The translations under genes were made by a program, and so were the position numbers. A stretch of 64,000 nt of DNA, from assembly GCA_024685775.1 (NCBI GenBank), contig JAIKVL010000033.1, positions 7,908 through 71,907 of the forward strand. Reading direction: 5' to 3'. This DNA is from Clostridia bacterium (GTDB lineage: Bacteria > Bacillota > Clostridia > Christensenellales > CAG-1252). The notes below the pieces were generated by a model, which was given only the letters and a program-made list of their open reading frames with translations, was not told where the DNA came from and did no database searches. Below, one piece after another: positions 7,314 through 16,591 of this stretch (its first letter is position 1; every line of letters begins with the position of its first letter).

Positions 7314-9824
7314 CTATACGCGCTCGCGTACGGAATACGCGTACACCGCGCTCTTTCCCCCATACGCGATCGTTATCGCGTAATCGCCCGAATTTTCCGT
7401 CGAAAACTCGGGAGCCATATCCGCCGTTACGTTGACATGAGCCGACTCGCCCGACGCATACGACACCGAAAGGACGACGCCCGAAAGCGCGCTTCCCTTT
7501 TCGAACTCGGTCACCGAAGAACCGTCGATCTCGATCCGATCGACGACCGCTTCGCCGCCCGCTGCCGCAAAGGAAACGAGCGCATGGCAGGTTTTGCCCT
7601 TATAGGTGATCTCGACGCGTTCGACGCCGACTCTATCCACGGAGAACGGCGAAATTTCGACGCCCGCGGACGAAAGAGGAATATAGACGCGCCTGAGTCC
7701 GTAGCCGTATTCAAGCGTCAGAGGAGCCTTGGTAAGATCGGGATAGACGCCGACCGAAGAGCGGATCTCCTCGGCGTAGATCGCCGTGATCTCGGTTTTT
7801 TCGGAGACCGGATGCACCGCCACCGCAAAGGACTTTTCAAAGCCCTGATAGCGGAAAAGGACGGAGCTTTGCCCTTCTTCCGCAAAAGGCCCGCCGGAAA
7901 GCATCGAGGCTTCGAGCGGCAGGGTCTGCTCGGAATAACCGTAACCGAGCGTCAAAAGGACGCTTGCTCCCGCGATCGCTTCCGCGGTCAAAGAATCGCC
8001 CGCGAAAAGGACGGGATTGAAATCCAAAAGCAACGCATCCGTCGGTTTGTCTTTATCTTCCGCGGCGATCACGCGGATCGTTGCGGAGCAGGAAACGCCC
8101 TCGTAGGCGATCGTAATCGTCGTCTCGCCCGGCGCGGAAGAATCGAAGCCCGAGATCGCGGCGCTCGAAAGCGGAATCTCGCTCTCCAAGCGATAATTCC
8201 CGCCGTAATAGGCGATCAGCCCCGCTTGCGGGAATTCGGGCGAGCTCCCCGTCAAGACGATCGAGGGGAGATTATAGACGGCGATCGACGTTACGCGCGC
8301 GGCGTATGCGGCGGAAAGGACGTTTACGGTCGATTCGACGGTCTTCCCGAGCAGGCTGACCGTGATCGGGCGCGTCTCGTAATCTCCCGTTACGGGAGAA
8401 GAAGCGTCGAACGCGATCATCGACGATTCGAGCGGGACCGAAGCGGGTTCGAGGTATTTATAGCGGACGAAGACCATCATCCCCTCGACATCCGGTTCTT
8501 CTCCCGCAAGAATGGGCTTGAACGCGCCGCTGAGCTCGATCTCTTCGACGGCGTTTCGCTCTTCGGGATCATAGACCGTTACGGTAAAGAAGCATTCTTC
8601 TTCGCGGAAGACGACCTTTTGCCGCGTTTCGCCCACGGCGGACGTAATATACGTCAAGGTCAGCCTCGGATCGTTCAGCGGGATATTCTCCGTTTCACCG
8701 TCCTCATACGAGATCGCGAGGAAGCCGAATCCATCGAACGCGGAATCCTTCGGGACGGCTTCGGTAAACCCAACCGCCGTCGCTTGCGTTATGCTTCGCA
8801 GGACGACGTAAGAATAAGCGACGGTCTGACCCTGCGCGGTGATCTCCGCTTCGAACCGCCCGGCTTTCGAAGAATCGAACCCGACGACCTCCGCCGCGGT
8901 AACGGGGATATCCGCCGTCGTCCCGTCGTCATACGAGACCCGAATGACGCCGCCTTCGGGGAAGGCGCTCCGCTTTTCGATCTCGCGCGGAAGCAAATTC
9001 TCGACGAGGACCGCCGAGACCGATTTTTTGCCGACCGAATAATAGTAATCGCAAGAATAGGAAGAAAGCGAGACGCGGGCGCGGAAACTTCCGCCGAGAG
9101 CCGTCGAGAAATCGGAGACCATTTCCGCCGTAAGCGCGCGGAGAACGGTCCTGCCGCTCGCGTATTGGAATTTAACGTTCACGCCGCTCGTAAAAAGCGG
9201 TTCGCCGACGGAGTACTCCGACTTCGCGCCCACAAGCGAGACCGACGCGACGGAATCTTCTTTTACCGTCAGCTCGAAAGAATCGGACTCTCCCGCGTAG
9301 GTCACGCTGACGACCTGCGCCCCGAGCCGCATGGGATCGAAGCCGCCGAGCATCGAAGCCGTGATCGGGACGCCCGTTCGGGCGGCGCCGTTTATCATCG
9401 TCGCGCTGAGCGTCGCGCCTTCGGGGAAAGGTTGCCCCTTATAGACGACGCGCGGCAACGTTTCCTCATCCAAGGAGATCGCGGTCGCGACGAGCGGCCA
9501 AATGCGAAGACGCACTTTCGTTTTTTTCCCGGCGAAGGTGATCGTGATCATACAATCGCCTTGCTCGGAACTGTCGAACCCGGAAATCATATCCGCCGTA
9601 ATCGGAGTTACGCCGAAATAATCGGTTTGGTACCCGACTTTCAAAGTCCCCGTCGGATCCAACTCGTCGCCGACGAAATACTCGGTCTTGAAATCATCCA
9701 TAACGGAGAGATACAAAGGTCCGTCCGAAGAGCTTTTTTTACACGCGGAAAAAAGCACGCTCGAAATCAAAGCGAGCGCCGCGATCAAAAAAACAAACGT
9801 CGAAATTTTTATACTCTTCCGCAT
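7314..9824 (-). CDS. Lipoprotein made of bacterial Ig-like (Big_3-like) repeats, paralog of 4627-6789
   Basis: ATG 9824 is preceded by GAAGGA, and the N-terminus MRKSIKISTFVFLIAALALISSVLFSAC has a lipobox. There are eight or so repeats with GFDSS..G motifs (SGFDSSEQGDCMITITFAGK, VGFDSSKAGRFEAEITAQGQ, SGFDSSAPGETTITIAYEGV). The ORF track starts at 9854. Confidence 0.85.
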   Translation of the reverse strand: MRKSIKISTFVFLIAALALISSVLFSACKKSSSDGPLYLSVMDDFKTEYFVGDELDPTGTLKVGYQTDYFGVTPITADMISGFDSSEQGDCMITITFAGKKTKVRLRIWPLVATAISLDEETLPRVVYKGQPFPEGATLSATMINGAARTGVPITASMLGGFDPMRLGAQVVSVTYAGESDSFELTVKEDSVASVSLVGAKSEYSVGEPLFTSGVNVKFQYASGRTVLRALTAEMVSDFSTALGGSFRARVSLSSYSCDYYYSVGKKSVSAVLVENLLPREIEKRSAFPEGGVIRVSYDDGTTADIPVTAAEVVGFDSSKAGRFEAEITAQGQTVAYSYVVLRSITQATAVGFTEAVPKDSAFDGFGFLAISYEDGETENIPLNDPRLTLTYITSAVGETRQKVVFREEECFFTVTVYDPEERNAVEEIELSGAFKPILAGEEPDVEGMMVFVRYKYLEPASVPLESSMIAFDASSPVTGDYETRPITVSLLGKTVESTVNVLSAAYAARVTSIAVYNLPSIVLTGSSPEFPQAGLIAYYGGNYRLESEIPLSSAAISGFDSSAPGETTITIAYEGVSCSATIRVIAAEDKDKPTDALLLDFNPVLFAGDSLTAEAIAGASVLLTLGYGYSEQTLPLEASMLSGGPFAEEGQSSVLFRYQGFEKSFAVAVHPVSEKTEITAIYAEEIRSSVGVYPDLTKAPLTLEYGYGLRRVYIPLSSAGVEISPFSVDRVGVERVEITYKGKTCHALVSFAAAGGEAVVDRIEIDGSSVTEFEKGSALSGVVLSVSYASGESAHVNVTADMAPEFSTENSGDYAITIAYGGKSAVYAYSVRERV

Positions 9825-9866
9825 ACGGTTTCCTTCGCTCAGCAAGCGCGCCAAGCACTATAAGAC

Positions 9867-9896
9867 ATTATAAAGAATAAGGTGGGGTTTTGTCAA
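9867..9896 (-). promoter_or_regulatory. Sigma-70-type promoter for the Ig-repeat lipoprotein gene
   Basis: On the minus strand it reads TTGACA (9896-9891), an 18 nt spacer, then TATAAT (9872-9867). Confidence 0.6.
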
Positions 9897-10051
9897 GGCT
9901 CGGCGAAAGCCAAAAGCTACCAAACCGAATAGGTTCTCTTAATCAAAGTTGAGAAAGCATTAAAAATCGGAAAAGACGGGATAAAAGCGGCGAGCTTCGG
10001 GGTTTTCGCAAAAACGGAAAAAAGAGACGGATCAAGCCGCCTCCCGAAGGA

Positions 10052-10471
10052 TCATTCGCCGAACCGCTTCGCAAGGCTTGCGGGATAGCGCTCGGGATAA
10101 AAATCGAAACGCGAGAGTCCTCTCTCCGCGCGTTTCCTCTCGACGGACGGAATGCGGGAAAGAAAGCTCGGGATCGTTATGACGAAAAGGAAGAGCGGGC
10201 CCCACGCCAAGGACGCGAGATAATGCCCGTAAGCCGCGCCGCGCGCCGCTTCGGGAGCGGAAACGCGATTCGAGATAAAGGCGAATTCGCCGAGGCGCAA
10301 GGTAAAATCGAAGGGATGATACAAGACGATCATACCGCGATATTCGGAAAAGGTCGAAAACGGGAAAAGGAGGACGGCGAAAAGAAGCCCGAGAGCCGTC
10401 GAAGGCAAGCACCAAACGACGCTCAGCAAAAGAAGCCCGAGTCCTTTGAAAAACCTCTGCGCTTTTCTCAT
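10052..10471 (-). CDS. Small integral membrane protein, unknown function
   Basis: ATG 10471 is preceded by GGGGGAGG. The translation MRKAQRFFKGLGLLLLSVVWCLPSTALGLLFAVLLFPF has hydrophobic segments. I recognise no family. Confidence 0.55.
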   Translation of the reverse strand: MRKAQRFFKGLGLLLLSVVWCLPSTALGLLFAVLLFPFSTFSEYRGMIVLYHPFDFTLRLGEFAFISNRVSAPEAARGAAYGHYLASLAWGPLFLFVITIPSFLSRIPSVERKRAERGLSRFDFYPERYPASLAKRFGE

Positions 10472-10626
10472 TTTTCCTCCCCCGAGCGCTCGCGGGACTC
10501 CCCGCGCCGCGTTCCGTTTTATTCTATCACACCCCGCCCGATTATTCAAGCGAAAACGCGTCCCGTTTCTCTCGGAAAGATCGACGCGGGCTTGACGAAT
10601 CCCACGAATTATTGTATGCTGAATCC

Positions 10627-11427
10627 ATGAAAAAAATCGACCGAAAAAAAGTCCTGCTCTCCCTTGAAAGCCCTTTGGGAGAACCGCCCGCGAACGTTTG
10701 GGCGCGCTGCGGGAATTTCCCCGTCGAAATCGTCGCGAAGACGGGATCGACGAACGACGACTTGAAAGAAGCCGCGCGAAACGGCTCTGCGTGCCGCGCG
10801 CTGATCGCGGAAAAGCAGACGGCGGGAAAAGGCAGGCAGGAAAGAAGCTTTTTCAGCGAAGGCGGCGTCTATCTGAGCGCGATCCTTCCCCCGCTCGGCG
10901 AAGCCGCGCCTTTCGTCACGCATATCGCGGCGGTGGCGGTCGCGGAAGCTCTTCGCGCTTTGACGGGGAAAAACGCCGAGATAAAATGGGTAAACGACGT
11001 CTACATAGACGGGAAAAAAGTCTGCGGGATCTTATGCGAGAGCGTCGTTACGGAAAAAGGCAGAGCGTACGTCGCGGGGATCGGCGTCAACACGTCGGAG
11101 CCCAAAGGCGGGTTCCCCTCGGAGATCGCGGAAACGGCGGGCGCCGTTCCTTGCGACCGAAGCGCGCTCGCGGGCGAAATCCTGAAACGCCTTTTTTATC
11201 AACTTGTCTGTTTTGATCGGAAAAATCTGCAAAAATCCTACACGGAACTCTGCTTTTTACAGGGGAAAGAAGTCGTCGTCGTGCAAAACGAAAGCGAAAG
11301 ACCCGCGACTGTCCTCGGACTGACGGAAGATCTCGGATTGACCGTCCGCTATTCGGACGGATCAAAAGAGGATCTCCGTTCGGGCGAAGTCCGCTTACGC
11401 CTCCGGCGCGCTGACCGTGATCTTTAA
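10627..11427 (+). CDS. birA: Biotin--[acetyl-CoA-carboxylase] ligase, short form without an N-terminal HTH
   Basis: It carries the motifs AEKQTAGKGRQERSFFSEGGVYLSAIL and KWVNDVYIDGKKVCGILCE. The likely start is ATG 10627 (MKKIDRKK); the ORF track begins at TTG 10612. Its 3' end overlaps the convergent gene by 33 nt. Confidence 0.85.
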   Translation: MKKIDRKKVLLSLESPLGEPPANVWARCGNFPVEIVAKTGSTNDDLKEAARNGSACRALIAEKQTAGKGRQERSFFSEGGVYLSAILPPLGEAAPFVTHIAAVAVAEALRALTGKNAEIKWVNDVYIDGKKVCGILCESVVTEKGRAYVAGIGVNTSEPKGGFPSEIAETAGAVPCDRSALAGEILKRLFYQLVCFDRKNLQKSYTELCFLQGKEVVVVQNESERPATVLGLTEDLGLTVRYSDGSKEDLRSGEVRLRLRRADRDL

Positions 11428-12237
11428 TTTCGCATACGGAGGGAGCGCGGATTCCGCGATTTCGATCTCGATCTCGTAAATCCTTTCGCCGAAATCCAGC
11501 CGCGCATTCGCGTACTTCATTCCGGCGCTTTCTTCATAAAAGGTAACGTCCGCAGCGTTGAGCGCAATATAAGCGGAAACCAGATCGCTTTCCGTCATGT
11601 GCGTGATCGAGAAGCGATACGTCGTCGAATACGCCCCGACCGTCTCTTTCAAATCTTCGGGAAATCCCCCGAAATATCCGAGTAATTCTTCGAGAAAATC
11701 ATTTTTCCCTTCAAAGGAAACGTAATGCGGGCAGTTTTGCAAATGACCGTTGCCGCTTTTCTTTTCGATCCCGCAGACTTCGCACCGCTCCGCGTTTTCC
11801 GAAGAAGGTCTCGCGACGACCGTTTCGTCTTCTTTCTTCGGCGCCTCGCCGTTCGGGTCGATCGGCTCTTTCCCCGCGCCTTCGTTCGCATTTTCGTTTG
11901 TCTTGTTTTCGTCCGAAAAACCAGGCGTTTCCGCATTTTCCGCGTTTGGATCGGTCGGAGGTTCGGAGGGCGCGTCTTCTTCTTTCGATCCCGTCTCGTT
12001 TTTCTCTTCCGTAGGGGTCGGTTGCGCTTCTTCGGGTGTTTCGGACGTTTCGGCGGGCGATTCTTCTTTCCCGATCGACTCCGATCCGTCGCCGCCGACC
12101 GCTCTTTCTTCCGACTCCAAAACGGAAGGTATCTCGCCGCGAAGAGAATTCCGCGCGACCTCACCGCAAGCGGCAAGCCCGAGAAGCAAAAATACAGCCG
12201 CTAGAACGGCGATCGCGAAACGGATTTTTCCTTTCAT
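11395..12237 (-). CDS. Lipoprotein with an acidic Pro/Glu-rich linker and a Cys/His-containing C-terminal domain
   Basis: MKGKIRFAIAVLAAVFLLLGLAACGE carries a lipobox. A long E/P/T/N low-complexity stretch follows, then CEVCG...HLQNCPHY and a globular tail. Confidence 0.7.
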   Translation of the reverse strand: MKGKIRFAIAVLAAVFLLLGLAACGEVARNSLRGEIPSVLESEERAVGGDGSESIGKEESPAETSETPEEAQPTPTEEKNETGSKEEDAPSEPPTDPNAENAETPGFSDENKTNENANEGAGKEPIDPNGEAPKKEDETVVARPSSENAERCEVCGIEKKSGNGHLQNCPHYVSFEGKNDFLEELLGYFGGFPEDLKETVGAYSTTYRFSITHMTESDLVSAYIALNAADVTFYEESAGMKYANARLDFGERIYEIEIEIAESALPPYAKLKITVSAPEA

Positions 12238-12294
12238 AACGATCTTATTCTACCGTTTTTCGACAAATTTCGCAACATCGCAAGCGATATTGAT

Positions 12295-12332
12295 AAAAAA
12301 AAAGGATAGGGAATCTTTGAGACTCCCTATCC
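12295..12332 (-). terminator. Intrinsic terminator after the ABC gene
   Basis: The stem is GGATAGGGA (12304-12312) paired with TCCCTATCC (12324-12332), with an 11-nt loop. On the minus strand a run of 9 T follows (the + strand A-run at 12295-12303). Confidence 0.8.
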
Positions 12333-12347
12333 CGCTTTTCTTTTCGA

Positions 12348-15300
12348 TTACAGCGCGCGGATGCTTTCGACCGGAGATTTCTTCGCCGCGAAGAAGACGG
12401 GAAGGAATGTCGCGAGAACGGAAATGAAGATCGAGACTCCGAAGATCAAAGCGACGTTGATCGGTCCGAAATTCAAAAGCTGCATCGAGACCGCATCGAC
12501 CAGCGACCGATTCAGGAAGAAGCAGACGATAAACGATCCGACCGACGCGAGAATAAAGCAAATAAACGCGATGATGAACGCTTCCGCGTAGAAAATCTTG
12601 AAGACGTCCGATCCTCTTGCGCCGACCGCGCGCAGGATCCCGATATCTTTGCGCTTCGCGGAGATCGAAACCGCAATGAAGTTCAAAAGGAACAGCGCGG
12701 CGATCGCACCGACGACCAATCCGACGATCAGGAAAATTTTCTGCAACATTTTGATCATGGAAAGGAACATTTCGAGTTGCTCGTAGACTCTGCTCTCGAC
12801 GCCGTACTTCACGTTGTCGCCCCCTTTCAGCGCAGAAGTGATCTGCGCTTGCGAATTATCCGTCGGAGAGAAAATCAGATTGTACTTCGCATCGTCCGGG
12901 CGAACGTAATCGGTTTTATACGACATACTCCAATGATAGCCGCCGTCTTGATTCATCGTGGCGTGCGCTTCCATCCAAGACTCGGAAATCGCATAATAAG
13001 CGCCGAGGTTTGCGACCGAAGAATCAAAGTAACCCGCGATTTCAAGCGTTCCCGAGGCGTTATACTTGTCGCGGAACCAAAGCGTTCGTACGAAAGAATC
13101 TACGTCGCACGCAAAAACTTTATCGATCTCATCGACGCTTTTCCCTTTTCCCGCGAGGAACGCGTCGACGGCCGCTTTGTACTCTCTGAATTCATCTTCT
13201 CCGCAACTCCGGTTTTTGAGGGAATCGATAACGTTCCACACGATATCGTTATCAAAGATGGATTCGTTAACGTTCCAATAGTATTCAACGATCAAGCCGT
13301 ATACTGTTTGGAGATAATCCGTCTTGAAATCCGAAGAAACGACGGCTTCGATCGCAGCCCAATCCGCGGCGGTCGGCTCGATCGCGTTTTCCGACATATT
13401 CACATAATATTGAATTTTTTCGTAGGCAGCCGAGAAATTTTCCGTAGAATACCCGTTATTCCGAAGAATGGACGCGGCGTCGTACAAATATTTTCTGTAC
13501 ATAAGCTTTTGAAACCAAGTTTGAACGTATCCGACGTACGGCGCGGGATCGGTCGAATTCCAAAAAGCGTTCGTCAAATCGTCGTTGAAAAGCGCGCGCG
13601 CCTCCGGATCGAAAAGCGCATTATCTCGGCAGCGATTGAAATAGTTTGCGAGCGCGTTTTTCAACATCTCGCGATACGTTGAAAAATTCAGATATATTTT
13701 TCCGTCTTCGAAAGAGGGCTCCGCGATCACGGTTCCGTTCGGCGCATAAAAAACGATTTCGCTTTTATGATTGTTGCAAAAACGATCGGTAAAGATCGTT
13801 TCGCCTGCCCACTGTTCGAGGTCTTGATCGTTTCTTTCATTCGAAAATCGGATGCTTTTGAAATAGCGCCCGTCGAGGTTTCTCATATTACTGTTTTTCG
13901 GCATCCGATCCTTATAGGCGTCGTAAAAAGAAGCGCCGACGAAAATCACGGTATTGAAACTGTTTCTCAAATAATCTTCAAAAGAACGTTTCAAATTTTC
14001 TCGGTTTTCCTCGCTGATGGAATTCGGCGAGGTTTTCAAAACGTCGAACTTGAACGGAATCGATTCGACTGAGACGATGCCTTTGATCGTAAACTTGGAA
14101 TCTTCGCCTCGGAAAACATCCCTGCCGCCCGACAAGCGGATGGTTTTCCCGATCAGATCGGAGACGGAATTCACGTTCGCGCCTTCGGTTTCCGCAAAGA
14201 GTTCGGCGAGATACTCGGGAAGCGCGATCTCGTTTTTCGCCGAAGGATATTCCCCGATCAGGCGATACCCGACGGAAGAAAGATACTCCGCGCCGCAATC
14301 GGAAAAACCGAGAGCCGTCGTAACGGAATAAAACGACCGATGGTCCGAACCGACGGAAACGGGAATATAGCTATCTCCCGAAACGAGATCCAAAGTATAG
14401 CCGGAACGCTCGTAATACGAGTAGTCCGAAAAGTCGAAAACGCCCGCGAATTTGAGCCCGTCTTTGCTCTTCGATCCGACTTCGGACGCGCCGAATAACG
14501 TCGTAACGTAGTCCGTGTCGCGATCCATGACTTCTTCATTCCCGGAAGAATCCATGCGAATTTGTTCACACATCACCTTATAGGATTTGCTCAGCGTGAG
14601 CATAGGATAATTCGCTTCTTTCAGCGCTTTGGAAATCGAATAGTTCGAATCGTACAGCATAAAGGTGGAAGCGACACCGAACATGACGAACGCCGCGACC
14701 GATAAAAGGATCGTAAAGATCAAGCGGATCGGCTTGCTTTTGAGACCGCTCGCGCCCATCTTGATCGCGTGCCCCATCGGCAGGCGCGACTTGATAAACT
14801 TCGTCTCTTTTCCGTTATACGCTTTCGTTTCTACGGCGTCGGTCTGCTTAAAGGATTCTTTCGAGCCGTCGTCATTGATCTTGCAGGCGCGCTTTACGTC
14901 TTTGAGCTCGCGCTCCCCTGCCGCGATGATCGCTTCGCCGCCTTTCTTTTTCAAAACTTCCGCGATCTTTTTAATATCCGCATCCGTGATCGCCGCGCCG
15001 TCCTTGACACGGATCGTGTCGTCCATAACGACGACGTTCTCGTCGGAATTTTCGGGTTCGATATAGGTTTTGCTGACGTCCGAAAGGATCTTTCCGTCTT
15101 TCAGTTCGATGATCCTGTCGCCGTAAAACTCCGCGAACTCCCGATCGTGAGAAACGACGATGACGAGTTTGGTTTCGGACAGCTTCTTCAAAGTGTCCAA
15201 GACCTGCTTTCCCGTGTTGGAATCGAGCGCGCCCGTCGGTTCGTCCGCCATAATGATCTCGGGCTGTTTGATAAGAGCGCGCGCGATCGCGACCCTCTGC

Positions 15301-15737
15301 TTCTGACCGCCGGACAAGGTGTTCGGTTTTCTCTTCCCGTACCCCTTCAAATCCACCTGCTCCAAAAGATCGGCGACCGCCTTTTTATCGTTCGGTTTGT
15401 TTTGAAGTTGCAGAGCGAGCGCGATATTCTGCTCGATCGTAAACTCGTTCAAAATGTTGTACTCTTGGAAGACGAATCCGATAAAGGTATTCCGATAGCT
15501 GTCGAAATCCGCTCCGGAGAATTCCTTACTGCTTCGCCCTTTCACGAGGATCTCGCCGCCGTCCGGCTTATCCAAGCCGCCCGCGACGTTCAAAAGCGTC
15601 GATTTACCCGAACCGCTCTTACCGAGCAAAAAGACCATTCCTTTTTCGGGGAACGTTACGGAAACGTCGTCGAGCGCGCGCACTTCGACGCCGCCCTTTC
15701 CTGCGTAGACTTTGGTCAGGTTTTTAACCTCTAACAT
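12348..15737 (-). CDS. Fused ABC transporter: N-terminal ATPase plus FtsX/MacB-type permease with a very large extracytoplasmic domain
   Basis: This is a 1129-aa ORF. It has Walker A GKSGSGKST, signature LSGGQKQR and Walker B IIMADEPT. A TM lies near aa 335-360, about 640 aa of soluble region follows, and three C-terminal TMs are typical of FtsX (…GILRAVGARGSDVFKIF…). Confidence 0.85.
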   Translation of the reverse strand: MLEVKNLTKVYAGKGGVEVRALDDVSVTFPEKGMVFLLGKSGSGKSTLLNVAGGLDKPDGGEILVKGRSSKEFSGADFDSYRNTFIGFVFQEYNILNEFTIEQNIALALQLQNKPNDKKAVADLLEQVDLKGYGKRKPNTLSGGQKQRVAIARALIKQPEIIMADEPTGALDSNTGKQVLDTLKKLSETKLVIVVSHDREFAEFYGDRIIELKDGKILSDVSKTYIEPENSDENVVVMDDTIRVKDGAAITDADIKKIAEVLKKKGGEAIIAAGERELKDVKRACKINDDGSKESFKQTDAVETKAYNGKETKFIKSRLPMGHAIKMGASGLKSKPIRLIFTILLSVAAFVMFGVASTFMLYDSNYSISKALKEANYPMLTLSKSYKVMCEQIRMDSSGNEEVMDRDTDYVTTLFGASEVGSKSKDGLKFAGVFDFSDYSYYERSGYTLDLVSGDSYIPVSVGSDHRSFYSVTTALGFSDCGAEYLSSVGYRLIGEYPSAKNEIALPEYLAELFAETEGANVNSVSDLIGKTIRLSGGRDVFRGEDSKFTIKGIVSVESIPFKFDVLKTSPNSISEENRENLKRSFEDYLRNSFNTVIFVGASFYDAYKDRMPKNSNMRNLDGRYFKSIRFSNERNDQDLEQWAGETIFTDRFCNNHKSEIVFYAPNGTVIAEPSFEDGKIYLNFSTYREMLKNALANYFNRCRDNALFDPEARALFNDDLTNAFWNSTDPAPYVGYVQTWFQKLMYRKYLYDAASILRNNGYSTENFSAAYEKIQYYVNMSENAIEPTAADWAAIEAVVSSDFKTDYLQTVYGLIVEYYWNVNESIFDNDIVWNVIDSLKNRSCGEDEFREYKAAVDAFLAGKGKSVDEIDKVFACDVDSFVRTLWFRDKYNASGTLEIAGYFDSSVANLGAYYAISESWMEAHATMNQDGGYHWSMSYKTDYVRPDDAKYNLIFSPTDNSQAQITSALKGGDNVKYGVESRVYEQLEMFLSMIKMLQKIFLIVGLVVGAIAALFLLNFIAVSISAKRKDIGILRAVGARGSDVFKIFYAEAFIIAFICFILASVGSFIVCFFLNRSLVDAVSMQLLNFGPINVALIFGVSIFISVLATFLPVFFAAKKSPVESIRAL

Positions 15738-15765
15738 ATTTATTCTCCCTTTTTGTAATACTTTA

Positions 15766-15794
15766 ATTATATATGATTCTATTCCTTATATCAA
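15766..15794 (-). promoter_or_regulatory. Sigma-70-type promoter for the ABC gene
   Basis: On the minus strand it reads TTGATA (15794-15789), a 17 nt spacer, then TATAAT (15771-15766). The site lies 29 nt upstream of ATG 15737. Confidence 0.6.
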
Positions 15795-15804
15795 TAGGAA
15801 AAAT

Positions 15805-15829
15805 AAAAAAAAGGGAAGAACCCTTCCCC
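15805..15829 (-). terminator. Intrinsic terminator closing the six-gene McrB-like/SipW operon
   Basis: On the minus strand it reads GGGAAG-GGTT-CTTCCC followed by T8. It begins 7 nt after the stop codon at 15836-15838. Confidence 0.8.
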
Positions 15830-15835
15830 TTTTCG

Positions 15836-16588
15836 TTACTTTCTGCGTTTTCTCTGCGCTTCTTCCAGGCGCTTTTTGCTCGCGATATACTCCTCGACGG
15901 CTTTTCTTTTGATCTCGTCCTCTCTCTGCTTGATGAGTTCTTCGGGAGTGAGCTGCTCTTTCTTCAATTCCGCGTCGTCCTTCATCTTGCAAGCGCGCAC
16001 GAAATTGATGATTTGGATGACGAGCAAGCAAAAGAGCGGGACGAAGACGATCAATCCGAAGCCGAGCTTACTGCGGAACGCATTGTAGACGAAGGTCATG
16101 ACGACGGACGTCCGAACGTACTTCCCGATGACGTCGGTATACTCGATCGGTTTATCCGCGATCCCGTAATTCGCGTCGCCGCAGGTCGTCAGTTTCCCGT
16201 CCTCGACGCCTTCGCTTATGATCCTATGCGTAACGATCTTGCCCGAGAGCTCGCCTTTCCCGACGAAGGTAACGATATCTCCCTTTTTGAGTTCGTTTTC
16301 GGAACCCACTTTTTTAACGATAATGACGTCGCCGACGTCCAAAGTCGGGCGCATGGATCCCGAAATAACGGTATAGACCCCGTAACCGAAGAGATTCGGA
16401 CGCTTCGCCGTCTTCACCTGAATGAGCGTAAAGATCACGAACCCGAGCAAAAGAAGCAGAAACACCGTTACGACGGTGCTTACGATCTTTTGGGCGACGG
16501 ACGGCTTTTTTCCGTTCGTTTCTTGTTTTTTAACGCTTTCTTTTTCTTTCATAGTCGCGTAAAGAGACGGCGAACCGTCTCTTCTCAA
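15836..16588 (-). CDS. SipW-type (ER/archaeal-type) signal peptidase I, copy 2, with a charged C-terminal tail
   Basis: It has a TM (VVTVFLLLLLGFVIFTLI), catalytic-region motifs ISGSMRPTLDVGDVIIV, VTHRII and CGDANYGIAD, a second TM, and a K/E-rich tail containing EIKRKAVEEYI. The start is ambiguous: TTG 16588 lies 3 nt after the upstream stop, and ATG 16552 is the alternative. Confidence 0.8.
   Translation of the reverse strand: MRRDGSPSLYATMKEKESVKKQETNGKKPSVAQKIVSTVVTVFLLLLLGFVIFTLIQVKTAKRPNLFGYGVYTVISGSMRPTLDVGDVIIVKKVGSENELKKGDIVTFVGKGELSGKIVTHRIISEGVEDGKLTTCGDANYGIADKPIEYTDVIGKYVRTSVVMTFVYNAFRSKLGFGLIVFVPLFCLLVIQIINFVRACKMKDDAELKKEQLTPEELIKQREDEIKRKAVEEYIASKKRLEEAQRKRRK
16563..16582 (-). 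other. Perfect 8-bp hairpin at the junction between the McrC-like gene and sipW copy 2
   Basis: AGAGACGG-(4 nt loop)-CCGTCTCT lies between the stop at 16592 and ATG 16552. No clear U-tract follows. Confidence 0.5.
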
Positions 16589-16591
16589 TGC

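Noticed and set aside
7437-9863. An 808-aa ORF on the + strand covering the whole Ig-repeat lipoprotein gene.
   Set aside because: It is an antisense shadow ORF with extreme Arg/Asp/Gly composition (RRDRGARKRN...) and no domain-like pattern. The minus-strand product has a lipobox and clear repeated Ig-like units. Stop-codon depletion on the opposite strand of G/C-ending codons explains it.
12247-12275. A TTGCGA-17-TAGAAT promoter directly in front of the lipoprotein gene, which would imply a leaderless mRNA because the -10 ends 9 nt before ATG 12237.
   Set aside because: The hexamers are plausible, but the geometry would give an essentially leaderless transcript and I have no independent support. 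It is left unannotated and needs TSS mapping.
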